The position numbers and the translations under genes are program-made. The notes below the pieces were generated by a model. That model was not told where the DNA came from and ran no database searches. It saw only the letters and a list, made by a program, of their open reading frames with translations. A stretch of DNA of 64,000 bases, taken from assembly GCF_004010195.1 (NCBI RefSeq), contig NC_057750.1:19477366-19541365 (forward strand), written 5' to 3'. Source of the DNA: Chiloscyllium plagiosum. Lineage: Eukaryota. Below, in pieces: positions 1 to 13,915 of this stretch. Positions within the stretch are counted from its first letter, which is position 1, and each line of letters starts with the position of its first letter.

Positions 1-388
1 GGTTACTACTAGGATTGGATGGAGTTTGACATTTGATTAGGATTGGGACTGAAATAGGATCTTTTTGGGATTGAGATTAGAATTAGAATTACCACATGGA
101 AGTCATGTCCAAATTTGGAAGATGGCGTACATCAGGCAGCATTTTGGAGAATCTATGGCCTCAGCATCTCTGAAAGTGCCACATACCATTTGGCGTTCTC
201 AGTAGCTGTACTTCAGAGTGTAAGATAGGTGGAGGGCATCCAGTCTATTGATCCCAGTCACCATTCAGTAGAATCATTCATGCCTGATCCATCTTGTCAG
301 TTTGATTATGACCATGCTGATTTAGAAAGCTCTGATTAAGTTATTCATGGAAATTTCATGTAATGTACAGATTTATTTATTCTTTCAG

Positions 389-466
389 GGGAATTTGGCT
401 CTGTGATGGAAGGACAATTGAACCAGGATGATTATATTCTCAAAGTGGCTGTCAAGACAATGAAAA
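389..466 (+). CDS. AXL: AXL kinase-domain exon (first in window; gene begins upstream): (G)EFGSVMEGQLNQDDYILKVAVKTMK
   Basis: tttcag acceptor at 387-388, gtaagt donor at 467; 78 nt; Gly-loop end and VAVK lysine; VMEGQLNQDD matches AXL. Confidence 0.95.
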
Positions 467-637
467 GTAAGTAGACTATAAAAACATTTTCAATGAAGGA
501 CTTTCTGAATGGGATATTGCTAGAGCTCTTAGGAGAATTTATGAATAATTGCTATGACTTGCTGCTCACTGTACAGGAGTACAGCTCAAAGGAAGAATTA
601 GAACCAGTCCCTTCAGCATTCTATGTCTTGTGTTTCT

Positions 638-3133
638 ATAATAGTCAGAAGGAAATTGAGAAACAAATTTTTAAGGAGATCTTAGCAATCTGTAAGAATA
701 ATAGGGTGGTTATGGTGGGGATTTTAACTTTCCAAACATAGACTGGGACTGCCATAGTGTTAAGGATGGAGAGGAATTTGTTAAGTGTAACAAGAAAATT
801 TTCTAATTCAGTATGTGGATGTACCTACAAGAGAAGGTGCAAGACTTGACCTACTCTTGGGAAATAAGGTGACTGAGGTGTCAGCGGGAGCACTTTGGAG
901 CCAGCGACCATAATTCTATTAGTTTTAATATAGTGATGTAAAAAGATAGATAAGATCTAAAAGTTGAAGCTTGAAATTGGAGAAAGGCCAATTTTGACAG
1001 TATTAGGTAAGAACTTTCAAATGCTGATTGGGGGCAGATGTTCGCAGGTAAAGGGACAGCTGAAAAATGGGAAGCCTTCAGAAATGAGATAACGAGAATC
1101 CAGAAAAAGTACATTCTGTTAGGGTGAAAGAAAAGGCTGGTAGGTATAGGGAATGCTGGATGACTAAAGAAATTGAGGGTTTGGTTAAGAAAAAGAAAGA
1201 AACATATGTCAGGATAGATCAAGCAAATTCTTAGAAGAGTATAAAGGCAGTAGGAGTAAACTTAAGAGGGAAATCAGGAGGGCAAAAAGGGGACATGAGA
1301 TAACTTTGGCAAATAGAGTTAAGGAGAATCCAAAGGGTTTTTACAAATGCCTTAAGGACAAAAGAGTAACTAGGGATAGAATAGGACCCCTCAAAGATCA
1401 GCAAGCCGGCCTTTGTGTGGAGCCGCAGGAAATGGGGTAGATACTAAATGAGTATTTTGCATCAGTGTTTACTGTGGAAAGGACATGGAAGATATATAAT
1501 GTAGGAAATAGATGGTGACATCTTGCAAAATGTCCATATTACAGAGGAGGAAATGCTGGATGTCTTGAAACAGGTAAAGGTGGATAAATCCCCAGGACCT
1601 GATCAGGTGTACCCTAGAATTCTGTGGGATGCTAGAGAAGTGATTGCTGGGCCTCTTGCTGAGATATCTGTATCATTGATAGTCACGGGTGAGGTGCTGG
1701 AAGACTGGAGGTGGGCTAACGTGGTGCCACTATTTACGAAAGTGGTAAGGACAAGCCAGAGAACTCTAGACCAGTCAGCCTGACGTCGGTGGTGGACAAG
1801 TTGTTGGATGGAATCCTGAGGGAGAGGATGTACATGTATTTGGAATGGCAAGGACTGATTAGGGATAGTTAACATGGCTTTGTGCGTGGGAAATCATGTC
1901 TCACAAACTTTATTGAGTTTTTTGAAGAAGTAACAAAGAGGATTGATTAGGGCAGAGTGGTAGATGTGATCTATATGGACTTCAGTAAGGCGTTCGACAA
2001 GGTTCCCCAAGGTTAAATGTCATGGAATACAGGTAGCACTAGCCATTTGGATACAGAACTGGCTCAAAGGTAGAAGACAGAGGGTGGTGGTGGAGGTTTG
2101 TTTTTCAGATTGGAGGCCTGTGACCTGTGGAGTGTTACAAGGATCAGTGCTGGGTCCTCTACTTTTCATCATTTATATAAATTATTTGGACGTGAGCATG
2201 AGAAGTATATTTAGTAAGATTGCAGATGACACCAAAATTGGAGGCGTAGTGGACAGCAAATAAGGTTACCTCAGATTACAACAAGATCTTGATCGGATGA
2301 ACCAATGGGCTGAGCAGTGGCAGATGGAGTTTTATTTAGATCAATGTGAGGTGCTGCATTTTGGGAAAGCAAATCTTATCTGGACTTATATACTTAATGG
2401 TAAGGTCTTAGAGAGTGTTGCTAAACAAAGACCTTGGAGTGTAGGTTCATAGTTCCTTGAAAGTAGAGTAATAGGTTGATAAGATAGTGATGAAGGCATT
2501 TGATATGCTTTCCTTTATTAGTCAGCGTATTGAGTACAGGAGTTGGGAGGTCATGTTGCAGCTGTACAGGACATTGATTCAGCCACTTTTAGAATATTGC
2601 ATTCAATTCTGGTCTCCTTCCTATCGGAAGGATGTTGTGAAACTAGAAAAGATTTACAAAGATGTTGCCAGGGTTGGAGGATTTGAGCTGTAGGGAAAGG
2701 TTGAATAGGCTATGGCTGTTTTCCCTGCAGCGTCAGAGGCTGAGGAATCTTATAGAGAACCTTATAGAGGCTTATAAAATCATGAGGAGCATGGATAGGA
2801 TAAATAGACAAGGTATCTTCCCCGGGTTGGGGGAGTCCAAAACAAGAGGGCATAGGTTTCGGGTGAGAGGGGAAAGAAACCCACGGGGCAACTTTTTCAT
2901 GCAGGGCGTGATGCATGTGTGGAATGAGCTGCCAGAGGAAGTGGTGGAGGCTAGTACAATTGCAACATTTAAAAGGCATCTGGATGGGTATATGAACAGG
3001 AAGGATTTGGAGGGATATGGGCTGAGTGCTGGCAGGTGGGACTAGATTGGGATGGGATGTCTGGTTGGCATGAACGAATTGGACCAAAGGGTCTGTTTCC
3101 GTGCTGTACATCTCTATGCCTCTATGACTCTGA
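638..3133 (+). mobile_element. CR1-clade LINE (HER1-like), 5'-truncated, degenerate ORF2 (APE end + RT)
   Basis: ORF fragments KSPGPDQVYPRIL, WRWANVVPLF, LEYCIQFWSP; (ctctatga)-type 3' tail; many stops. Confidence 0.92.
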
Positions 3134-3814
3134 GTGATATTCCTATACAAGTGTGCAGAATGACTAGTTGTGAGTTAATCAAAGCTAAATGAAACTTCTA
3201 AGGACCAATTACCCTAATAAGGCACTTTGGAGAAGAGTGATGCTTGCTGCTCATCATTCATGTTTTCTCTTTGGAACCATCTCCACTAGATACACTTGCC
3301 AGGAATGCATAATAACCAGACCTCTCCTCAAAAGTTACAAGAATTTCATTGAATGCGCCATGCAGAAACTTGGTTATTCATCCAACTGATTTATATCTGT
3401 GTTTATGCTCCTCATTAGCCTCCTCCTATCTGATTTCATCTCACTTTATCAGCATGTCCTTCTCATTCTTTATTTCTTTTTTTAACAAAAGAAAATGCTC
3501 TACTAAAATTTATAGAAGTGTATTACAAAACATTGAATTGAAAATGGTTTGACTGGAAAGTTCACTCAATGTAATATGTATCACATTCAAGGAGGTACCG
3601 AGTTCACTTTTGACTTGGTAATTGTCGGACATTTCTGAAACCAGTCAACTTGCTCATTTGCAGTTCAATATCAGCCATTTTAAAATTGTTTTCTCGAAAA
3701 AGCATTGAACAAGATAATAAAGGTCTGAATCTTAAATGTTTTGGACTAAATGAGTTGTATCAAGGGATTTTTACCACGAGACCCAAAGACTTGCCTCAGT
3801 GACCAAACTCATTT

Positions 3815-4460
3815 CATCAAAAGAGTTAAGTCTCACAGGGACCTGCCTCTATCTGTGTACAGATCATTAAGGTTGGTAAGCCAGATGGAGAGAGCAGTTG
3901 GTAAAGCGTTCGGTTTTATTAAACGGATATACACTATGAGAGCAAGGAGGTAATGTTGAATTTGTATGAGAGTCTTATTAGACCTCAGGTGAAGTATTGC
4001 GCGCAGTTGCAGTTGCCACATTATAGGAGAGATGCAAATGTATAGAAGAGGCAATCTACTGGAATGGTTCCAATGAACTTCAGCTGAGGATAGATTGAAG
4101 AAGTCAGGGCTGCTCTCCCTGGAGGGAAGAAAGCTGAGAGGAGATCTCATCGAGGTTTTCAAAACCATAATCATGCCAGGCAGAGCAGGTAGGATGAAGT
4201 TGTTTCCTTCTGTAAAAGAAACAAATAAAAATCAATTTAAAAAGAAGTAAGGGCAAGGTGAGAAAAACTTTTTTCTCGCAGTTGGAATGGAATTATGATG
4301 CAGGCAGATGCAAATGAGGCATTCAAGAGGGCAATCAATGATTATTTGGATAATAATGGTATGCACATATGAGGAAGAGGCAGAAAACTGGCAGTTAATA
4401 ACACAGCAGGTTCAGACATGAAGGGTCAAGTGGTCTCCTACTCCACTGTAATAATTCTGG
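3815..4460 (+). mobile_element. Old CR1 3' fragment
   Basis: Degenerate similarity to CR1 3' end and to 19165-19770. Confidence 0.65.
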
Positions 4461-4837
4461 ATTAATCTCTTACTCTGTCTCTTTGGCATTCATCACATCA
4501 ATTCTAGTCCTGTGTAACCACATGCTTTTCCTGAAATAACTTGGCACACATCTTCTGAAAGACCTATATCCCTTGCACCATTGTAAGCTTTGACCTGGAC
4601 AATTTGTTGGCAATCAAGCATTGCCCCCTGTGGGCACCGTCATGGCATAGAAGCCATAAGGCTTACATGGCTGACATTCCTTCACACACATAACCCATTG
4701 CTCTCTCCTTCGTCAATGTTTAAGCATAAGACTACGCAATTATCTGTCCTTAGCTACATCCTGACAGAATATCCTCTCAGTCAGCACTACTTGTGTCAAG
4801 TGCCAACTGTGGGCCACAGTACACCCCCACCCCCACA

Positions 4838-4934
4838 ACATTCTTGATGAAGGGCTTATGCCCAAAACATCACCTCTCCTGCTCCTCGGTTGCAGCCTGA
4901 CCTGCTGTGCTTTTCCAGTGCCACACTTTTTGAC
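4838..4934 (+). mobile_element. Penelope-like pLTR remnant with decayed hammerhead motif
   Basis: ttgatgaagggcttatgcccaaaacatc...gcctgacctgctgtgcttttccag, homologous to 51100-51190. Confidence 0.8.
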
Positions 4935-5269
4935 ACAGCATTACATTTAGGCAAGTGGTGGGATAAACCTAAATGTGTTTTTATTTACATACAGCAAATG
5001 TTAATGCGAACAAAATCAATAAAGGCTGAAATTCACTCTGACGATGCCATCCAGATTTCAGCAACATGGCCAATGACTATTTTCCAATCCATGATGGTCT
5101 GCTGCACTCAGCTGTCATCTAGGTGTCAGTGAGGTCTTGTCTAGCTTGTAGTGCCAGCTGTGCTCTGTCGTGGACAATGAGGGCTTCATAATCCCCAGTG
5201 TCCTCATCCCTCTCCTTGGAAGACTGCTCCCATTCCTCAGTGCACTCAGCATTACCTTGTTGCCCACTT

Positions 5270-5657
5270 AAATTATGCAGAACACTGCACACTATGTCCA
5301 GGCTATATCTGGAGGACCTCTCAGAGAGACTGAAGCAACAGAAGCATACCTTCAGTAGTCTGATCGCCTGAGCAGCATTGTATTTTATGCTCTGTGCCAG
5401 TCAGGGGATAGCAAAATTGTACTCATGATGCAAAGTCACCACGGATAACCCTTGTCCCCTGGTAACCAATCTGAATCCTCAGGGTCACCAGGCACATGAG
5501 AGTATTCCAGGATGTCTGAGTCATGGCACTCGCCAGAGGAGTGGGCACACCGATCAGGTGGACATGAAATGGACTGGAATTCCTTCCTGTTAATGAATTC
5601 CATTCTTGTGACACTGCCCTTTCAGTGCCACATGTGTAGAGTTGATGACACCTTGCT
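5270..5657 (-). pseudogene. PIF/Harbinger (HARBI1-like) DDE transposase relic
   Basis: Frameshifted minus-strand peptides QGVINSTHVAL / EFINRKEFQSI / GECHDSDIL / WLPGDKGYP / AIRLLKVCF / VLHN in the order expected for Harbinger transposases. Confidence 0.78.
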
Positions 5658-5879
5658 CCTATGTTTCTGAGTCACACTGTAGCACTGACCTCGCCCTTAG
5701 GGAACAGTGGGATCTTGCACATCCAGAATAGTCCTAATGCATTTGTAGGTCCACAACTAAGAAATCCCACATGGACTTTGTATTGGAACACTCCTGTGAG
5801 CCACCTTGGGCTGTTTCATTCCATTATAGGCAGCTGTTTGGTTGTTGTTTAGCTTAGGCAGCTTCAGAGCTCTCCCTTC

Positions 5880-6370
5880 TTCATCTGCAAACTTACTAAT
5901 CATGCCTTGAACATTCTCATCCAAATCATTGATATAGATAACAAACAACAATGGGCCCATCACCGACCCGTGAGGCACTCCACTTGTCACAGGCCTCCAG
6001 TCCGACAAGCATCCTTCCATCATGACCCTCTGCTTCCTACCATCAAGCCAATTGTGTATCCATTTTGCCAGCTACCCCTGGATTCCATGTGATCTAACCT
6101 TCCAGAACAGCCTACCACATGGAACTTTATCAACGGCCTTATTAAATCTATATAGACGTCTACTGCCCTGCCCTCGTCAACCTTCCTGGTTAGTTCATCA
6201 AAGAATTCTAACAAATGTGTGGGGCATGATCTTCCATACACAAAGCCAAAGTGACCACTCCTAATCGAACTTTCCAAATGCATATATATCTTTACCTCTC
6301 AGAATCCTCTCAAGTAATTTATCAACCAGAGATGTTACGCTTACTGGTCTATATTTGCCAGGTTTTCCCA
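5880..6370 (-). mobile_element. CR1 RT fragment
   Basis: WRPVTSGVPHGSVMGPLLFVIYINDLD...SKFAD in ORF 5757..6023. Confidence 0.88.
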
Positions 6371-7279
6371 GAATCCTGCAGGGAGTAACTCCGTTTCTTA
6401 CTTCCCAAAGACTGCTGTCTTGCTGCTTGTCAATAGCATCAATATGGAATAAGATGCTCTCAAACCCGAGACAGGTCTCACTGAACTTCTCACTTGAATC
6501 TGCAAAAAATCTCACCACAGCCCACTCACTCAAACCTCTATAAGATTCTGCCTGGAATTTATAAAAAAATGCATGAGAATCTCTCTCTTTCTGTCCTGAC
6601 ATCATAACTGTTTCTTTCCCATGTGATTCTATCCGCCACTTAATGCTGGCCATCTCACCAACTCATAGTGGTAACGAGGTTCTCATTCTAGCCACTCATT
6701 AATAAGGAAATTCCTCCCAGCCTCACAAATAAAGAATTAAACTCTTCGGATTTATTCATGACAATCTTCTATTCATGACCCTTCCCTTCACCTGGAAATG
6801 AAAACATTTGTATCAGACATCTTGACGAGGGGAAGCCAGTTTCAGATAGGTTTGTTAAGTACCATCTCCACGAGCTGACTACCTAGGCTTCAGCAACAGT
6901 CTTTAGATGATCAGACCATGTAGTGTGTTGGTTTTTACAATGTTAGTCAGCCTGTATTACCCATATTCTACAATAATGTTTTTGTGTGTGTGGTTTTGTC
7001 AAGTGGAGACAGGTTTGGCCCACTTTGGATTTTCCTATGATAGGATAATCGTGGGGGGGTGTATTTATGTTTCTCCTAATGTAATGGAGGAGTTACATCT
7101 TTGAATTTCTGACAGCTTGCAGCACATTCTTGCTTGCCATGAGTTGCCCTGCGTTGGGAGGGAGGAGACAGGTGGAAGAAGGAAGAGCTGCCTAAGCTGA
7201 ACAACAACCGAACAAAGGCCTATAATGGAATTAAACAGCCCAATGTGGTTCACAGGAGTGTTCCAATACAAAATACATG

Positions 7280-8700
7280 ACAAACAGCCACAGGAGTTTT
7301 TAGATCAGATGACCAAATGCTTGATCACAAACGCAGGCTTTAAGCTGTGTTTTAAAGCATGAAAGAGAAGCAGAGAGTTTTATGAAAAATATTCCAAATC
7401 TGAGGGCCGAGGCAATTGAAATCATGGCCACCAAAAGTAATGTTATTAAAATTGTGATTACTCAAGAGGCGCAAATGAGAGGAACTTCAGTAGCCTCATG
7501 GACAAAGTGAGCTCAAGGAAGGTGCGAGGGAGACGACAGGAGACAAACGAGAGAAAACTGTGAGTTCAGGCAGAAGACTGCTGGGTGAGTAAAGGAAGTT
7601 TGGCCGCCAGAGTTACTGGAAATGAGGGATGTGCATAGGCAACTGATCAGGTTGTCTCAATTAACTCCTTGCAGTTATTGCTGGAGGTGAGGAGGAAGAG
7701 ACAGGGGATAAGATGATAGCCTGCTGTATCGAAAAGAAGCTGAGGGTTTATCATGTACTCCACAGTGAGTCTAGAATCGTGAGCAGTTTTCAAAGACGAG
7801 TAGGATCCATTAGTGTCTTATACAGCCCAGTCAGATGTGGCATTGGGTGGTTAGATCAGTTATTAATAGGACAGTAGAAGGCAATTCAGTCCATCGGTTC
7901 CATTGCTGACTGTCTGCAGAGCAATCTCATGACTGCCATCCCCCAGCTCTGAACTGTTCTTTGAAAATCATTCATACTTCCATTACGTTGTGAGAGCAGT
8001 AAATTCGAGGTCATCATATCCCTCTGCATTCCATGCAAAGAACCTTACATCTGTATCCCCTAATCCTGTAGTATCAGCTAATGGAAATTGGTTTCCTTGT
8101 CCACCTTATCCAAACCTCCATCGAAGCCCTCTCAAAGTCCTTTGCTTCACCAAAGAAAAACTGTAGCTTCACCAACCAACCTTAGCTTAAGTCCATCGTT
8201 CTTCCCCACCTTCTCCTGGCAAGAACTTGAGGGAGCAAAAATGATGACTACAGCAAGGAAATGTCAGTGTGCAAGAGAGGGATTTTATTGACAATAAGCA
8301 TTGACAATAGTGGTCAGTTGCTGTTGCATGGCAAGTTTGCAGTGGTTTCAAAAATGTGGTGAACAGAAAGCCATATAGTTAAGAATTTGAATATGATGTT
8401 GTAAGTCAATTAAGGGACTTTATTATTTCAGAGACTGATGAAGAAGGAGATAAGAGTTCTATCATGGAAGGGTGATGAGAGTGAAGATAATACAATGATC
8501 AGAGGAAGCCTGCAGAGAAATTTTACAAAGCCAACAAGAATGGGAAATGTGGTATGAAGGGTGATGGAGTTAGGCAGAATGTGAGACTTCAATTTCCTGA
8601 TGACAGAGATAATGAACGTTTTGCTAGTTGTTCCAACCATGAGCCCATCATTGTATTTCCACTCTGTAACACACAATGTGAGCATGGCAAGCCTCACACT
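7280..8700 (-). mobile_element. Highly degenerate LINE, probably L2-type
   Basis: Purine-rich plus strand resembling antisense L2 ORF2/3' region; no clean motif read. Confidence 0.35.
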
Positions 8701-10629
8701 GGCCTGTAGTTTGTTTATACGAGTGATACATTAGAGTAAAATCTTTCTTCAAGTGAATTCAATGGTGCACAAGAAACTCATTATGTAAACTCCACATTCG
8801 TTTAAAGTTGAAATGCAGTCAATTTTTTGCAGTTGTGTCTGAGATTTTCCTTCTTGAACTCTGAAGTACAAGGGAAGGGAGTAGATGGATGTCTGCTTGC
8901 ATGGAGCCTCAAGATAGACAACAGTGAGTCAGTGGTGGGGAGGTTCTGTGGATACGGAGTGGTTGGGACATGGAGAACTAGATGAGGGATCCAAGAGAGC
9001 ACAGAGAGTGGGTCATAAACAGGCAATAGTGGAATGTCTGAGTGTCTTGAATCTGGTGGGGACAATCATAGTAAGAAATATAGGGGCTAAAGACTGACCA
9101 TGTGAGAGTTCTTCTCAGATATTAGCGGAAAAAGCTTTATTTATTTATTTATTTGATCATTCCTTCATCCATTTATCCCTTCTGAGAGTGATCTTGGATA
9201 ATGTCCTATACAACGTGTAGAAAGGATAGACAGCTGAGCCTGTAAATTCAGCTATATCCTGCAGAGTGGCAAGTGTAACATCAGACACTAACACCAACAA
9301 AAAGTGAAAAATGAAATGCAACATTGTTTCTTCCACAATAAAAGCAAAAACTCTGACTGCACTGTGACCCATCAATGTGGACCAACCATGAACTGTGCCA
9401 GTACATTGTACCCCTCAAAGTTAGGCTCAGCGAATGGTGATGCACATATGAAGAAAGTGAAATCAATGCAGTGTGAATTATTTATACGTGTAACTTAAAT
9501 TTGGAAAACCACCCTCAGTAAGGTTATGTTCATGGCAATGAAATTGGGCAGGAAAGTCTCCCTGTTTGATTGAAGGCTCTTTAATAGCCAATGGATATCA
9601 GCGCTGAGAAACATATCCCCTGCCACTTAATCACAGGGTTTCCCATACAAGCTGCTGATATTTTACATTTTTATTGTAATCATGTGGGAAAGTTCAAAAA
9701 GCCAGAAAAAGATAAGGGGTGCACACTTTCTGTTCCACCATCAGGATTGGTGAGCACTTCTGCTAAAATCCCACCCTTTATTTGAAATTAATACATTGAG
9801 GCCAGCAACACTTTGTGTATTGCAGCAAGTGAGGGAGTGGCCAAGGATCAGGACAGAGTTTATGTGGAGAGGCAGTTTTAGGAAGGACAAAAAGACAGTG
9901 AACCCCGAGGAGAGAACATGAGGAAGGTTCAAATCACCAAGAATGAGAAGTCTTTCAGTGTGGAGTCTGATAAAAGAAAGCTGAGGAGATATGTTGGTTA
10001 GAAAGTTTTGAAAATAGTTGAGAGGGTGGTACTGAACAATTACTTTGAAAAATGTGAAGAGCTGTGAGTGATTCTCAAAGGACTAGAAAGTGCCAGAAGA
10101 GTAGAGGATCACATCAACGTCTGATTTGGTGAGCAGTGCCACACCACCACCATGAAGGCTTTGTGGGGTGAGTAATAAAGATTTGGTTAGGGGAGACATT
10201 CCTTTACCCCTTATCCAAATTTTTGTTAGGGCTGCGATCCACTAAAACTGTGACAAAGGCCTAATTTGAAATTGAATGGACTGCGTGGAGGAAGAGATAT
10301 CACAGGGAAGTGAGGACAAATCTGCTGTCACAGTCCAAAAGGTCAGCAATAGGAGGAGTGAGCTGGACAGCAGAGGACAGCCAGCTCCAAGGCACTCATG
10401 AAAGAATAGGATGGGACAATTGGGGTTGCTGTTCATAATGAGCCAGCAGTGAGTGCTTAATGAGCTGACTGAAGAATTCAAATCAAGGCACTGAAGGAAA
10501 CTGGAGGCTCATTAAACATGAGAAGACAGCAAGGGAGCAGGGAGACTGAAGAGTACTGCAGGCCTGAGGTCTGGAATCGGGAGGGTATAATACCAAACAA
10601 TGGAGAAATGGAAAGAAACATACCCAACA

Positions 10630-12710
10630 AATTTTATGTCGTTTATATGGATTTCAACAAAGCCTTTGATATTAGAGACCAATACAAAAATAAAAATAGA
10701 GAAAATAAAAACACATGGGATCTAGGGTAACTTGGCAAGTTGAATTCAAAACTGGCTGAGATGGAGGAGCCAGATGGTGGTAGTATATGGCTGTTCGTAT
10801 GACTGGAGCCTGGTGTGCGGTGACGTACCACAGGAAACAGCACTGGGTTCCTTATTGTTTATGGTATATATAAACAATGAGATTGTGGGAAGTATGATAA
10901 GTAAGTTTGTGGATTCACAAAGATTGGTTAACAGTGACTAAGAAGGTCTTATTTTACAGAAAGATATGTACGGATTAGTCAGATGGACAGATCCGTGGCA
11001 GATAGAATTTAACCTTGATAGTTGTGAGACATTTTGGAAGAAGGACAAAGTCAAGGGAGTACTTAATGAATGGCAAACCACTAGAACGCTCAGAGGTGTA
11101 GAGAGCTTGGAGTGCTTGTGGACAGATTCCTGAAGGTGGCAGGATAGTTTAAAAGGGTTAATTAAGAAGGCAAACAGCACTAACTTAATCATTGTGGCAT
11201 GGATTATAAGAACAGGGAAGTCATGCTGGAACTGTACAGAACTTTTGTTAGGCGACAGCTGGAATACAAAGATCAAAGAAAATTACAGCACAGGAACAGG
11301 AACTTCGGCCCTCCAAGCCTGCACTGATCCAGATCCTCTCTCTAAATCTGTTGCCTATTTTCTAAGAATCTGTATCCCTCTGCTCCCTGCCAATTCATGT
11401 ATCTGTCTAGATACATCTTAAATGGCGCAAATAAGGAGGCAATTGTCAGTGATGGTCCCAAAGAATGGGATTAATTCAGAATCCAGCAAAGGAAGGACTA
11501 AAAAGGTAAAAAAAAGTGTTAAAATAAATTGCAAGGGCAAACAAGTAATGAATGTAACAAATGACAATAAGAGCTTCTTAAAATATATAGAAAGGAAGAG
11601 AGAGGAAAAAGTGAACATAAGCCCCTTAGAAAATGAATTGGGGCAATAGTTATGGGGAACATGGATATGGCTGAGGATTGAAAACTGATTTTTTGCATCA
11701 ATCTTGATATGGAAAATGTTTCATACATCCCACTAACACTAAAGAATATAGGGGAGGAATTAAATATCTTCACTATCACTACAGAAGTGGTATTACTCAG
11801 ACAAAATGGAGCTAAATAGCCCTGATAGCTTGCAATCTATGATTCTAACAGAAATAATTCCAGAGATAGTTGGTAAATTGGTTGTAATTTGGATTCTAGA
11901 GAAGTATCAGAGAATTGGAAAACTGCTAATGTGACACCCCTTTTCATAAAGGGAGGGAGGTAAAAAGTGGATAACTAAGCCTAAAACCTATTATTGGAAA
12001 AATGTTGAAATCAGTTATTAAATAAGCAAGAGCAGTATATGTGAAAAATCATAATCTAATTAAGCAGAGGCAGCATGGTTTGATAAAAGGGAAATTGTGT
12101 TTGTCTAATTTATTATATATTTTTGAGAGAGTCTCAAACAAAGTGGATAGAGGGGGACCGGTAGCTGTGTTGTTTTCAGAATTGCAGAAGAAGTTTGGCA
12201 AGGTTCCTCACAAATGGTTAAGTTATAACATAAGAGCCCATGGTATGGGGATAGTGTTTTCACTTGGATAAATAATTAGCTAACGAGCAATGAGGATAGG
12301 AAGACTTTTTTTCAGGTTGACAACCTGTTATCAGTGGGATCCCACAGGGATCAGTGCTAGGACCACAACTGTTTACAATATGTATTAATGACTTGGAGGA
12401 AGGAAGCGACTGTACTGTAGCCAGATTTGCAGCTGACACAAAAATAGGTGGAAAGGCATTCAGCAATTAACAGAGAACTATTGACAGGTTAAATAAATGG
12501 GCAAAAAATGGCAAATGGAGAATAATATGGGAAAAGTTGTTCATTTCAGAATGGAGAACCAAAGAACAGATATTTTGAGTTTAGAAGAATGAGAGGAAAT
12601 CTCATTGCAATATGTAGGATTCTTAAGAGGCTGAACAGGGTAAATACTGAGTGGATGATTCCCCTTGGGCATAGTCTCAGAATACTGTTTGGATTAAAAT
12701 GAATACACTT
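10630..12710 (+). mobile_element. Cluster of old CR1 fragments (short minus-strand tail at about 11280-11420)
   Basis: VYMDFNKAFD, QHGLIKGKLCLSNLL, KVPHKWL RT motifs. Confidence 0.8.
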
Positions 12711-12714
12711 CAGA

Positions 12715-13232
12715 CCGCTAGTCCCACTCTGTTTATTAGCCTGGCTCTGCCCGCTCTTCCTATTAGACTTACTTGACTTAACCTCTATCCTCTTCTCAAT
12801 CAATGCATATGCTGACCAACTGTGGTCTGATTTCCACACCCTGCCACACGAGCTTAACCTCTCCCAATTGGCGCAAGCAAACCTCTCTGCAAGTATATAT
12901 TGTTGTACCTCCAGTTTAGGTGCAACCCATCCTTCTTGTACAAGTCCCTCTTGCCCTGGAAGAGATCCAAATGATCCAGTATCTGAAACCCTCCCTCCAA
13001 CACCAGCTCTTTAGCCGCATATTCAGCTATATTATCTTCCTATTTCTGGTCTCACATGGCGCAGGAGAGTGCAACAAGATTGCAACCCCAGAAGTCCTGC
13101 TTTTCAACTTTCTACCTAGCTCCCAAAATTCCCTTTACAGGACCCCATCTCTCTTCCTGCCTGTGTCGCTAGTACCAATCTGGACCATAACCTCTGGCTG
13201 CTCATTCTCCCCTTTTAGAATATCCTTGATAT
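12715..13232 (-). mobile_element. CR1 ORF1 SGNH-esterase region remnant
   Basis: Minus strand reads EVMVQIGTSD, WCWREGFRY and DLYKKDGLHLNW (GxND-like and DxxH blocks). Confidence 0.7.
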
Positions 13233-13237
13233 CAGAA

Positions 13238-13748
13238 TGCTCCTGATGTGATCTTCTCTACATCAAGGAGACAGAATGTAAACTTAGGGATCAGTTCACC
13301 AAGCATCATAGCGGGCCTGCAGAGGCAGACTGGACCTCCCAGTCACCGCCCATTTCAATTCCCCCAACCACTCCCTTTCCGACATGACCATCCTTGGCCT
13401 TCTCCATTGCCAAAATGAACCATAGCACAAATTGGAGGAACAACACCTCATCTTCCACCTGGGCAACCTACAGCCCGAGGACTCAACATTGAGTTCTACA
13501 ATTTCAAATAACCTCCTTCCCCTTCCTAGTCCCTCCCCCTCCCTTCCACTGCTCCCTGCCACTAATTGGATTCATTCCTCCCATTGCGGGATAGGTACCA
13601 TCTACCTGTCTTCACCTATCCTCACTCCACCACTCTGTCCCCACACCCACCCCCAGTGGTTGAAGAATGGTTCCACTCGAAACGTCAACTTCTTCACCAG
13701 CTGATGCTTGCCTGGTTTGTTTTGTTCTTCCAGCCAGCCGCCTGTCTA
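13238..13748 (+). mobile_element. Penelope-like element 3' fragment: decayed GIY-YIG endonuclease plus pLTR with decayed hammerhead
   Basis: C..CDLLYIKETECKLRDQFTKH, PVTAHFNSPNHSLSDMTILGL, LEEQHLIFHLG; ttgaaga...cgaaacgtc at 13660-13686. Confidence 0.82.
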
Positions 13749-13915
13749 ACCAGGAATGACAGAGCAGGCTCGTGGGCCTGAACAGCTTACTCTTGTTTCT
13801 ATCTCTTATGGTCTATGGTGAAATCAGTCTCCCTATCCTTGGATTTGCAACATAATAAAATTAAAACTTTCAATGACCTTCCCACTCAATTGTTCACCAG
13901 ATGATAAGTATGACA

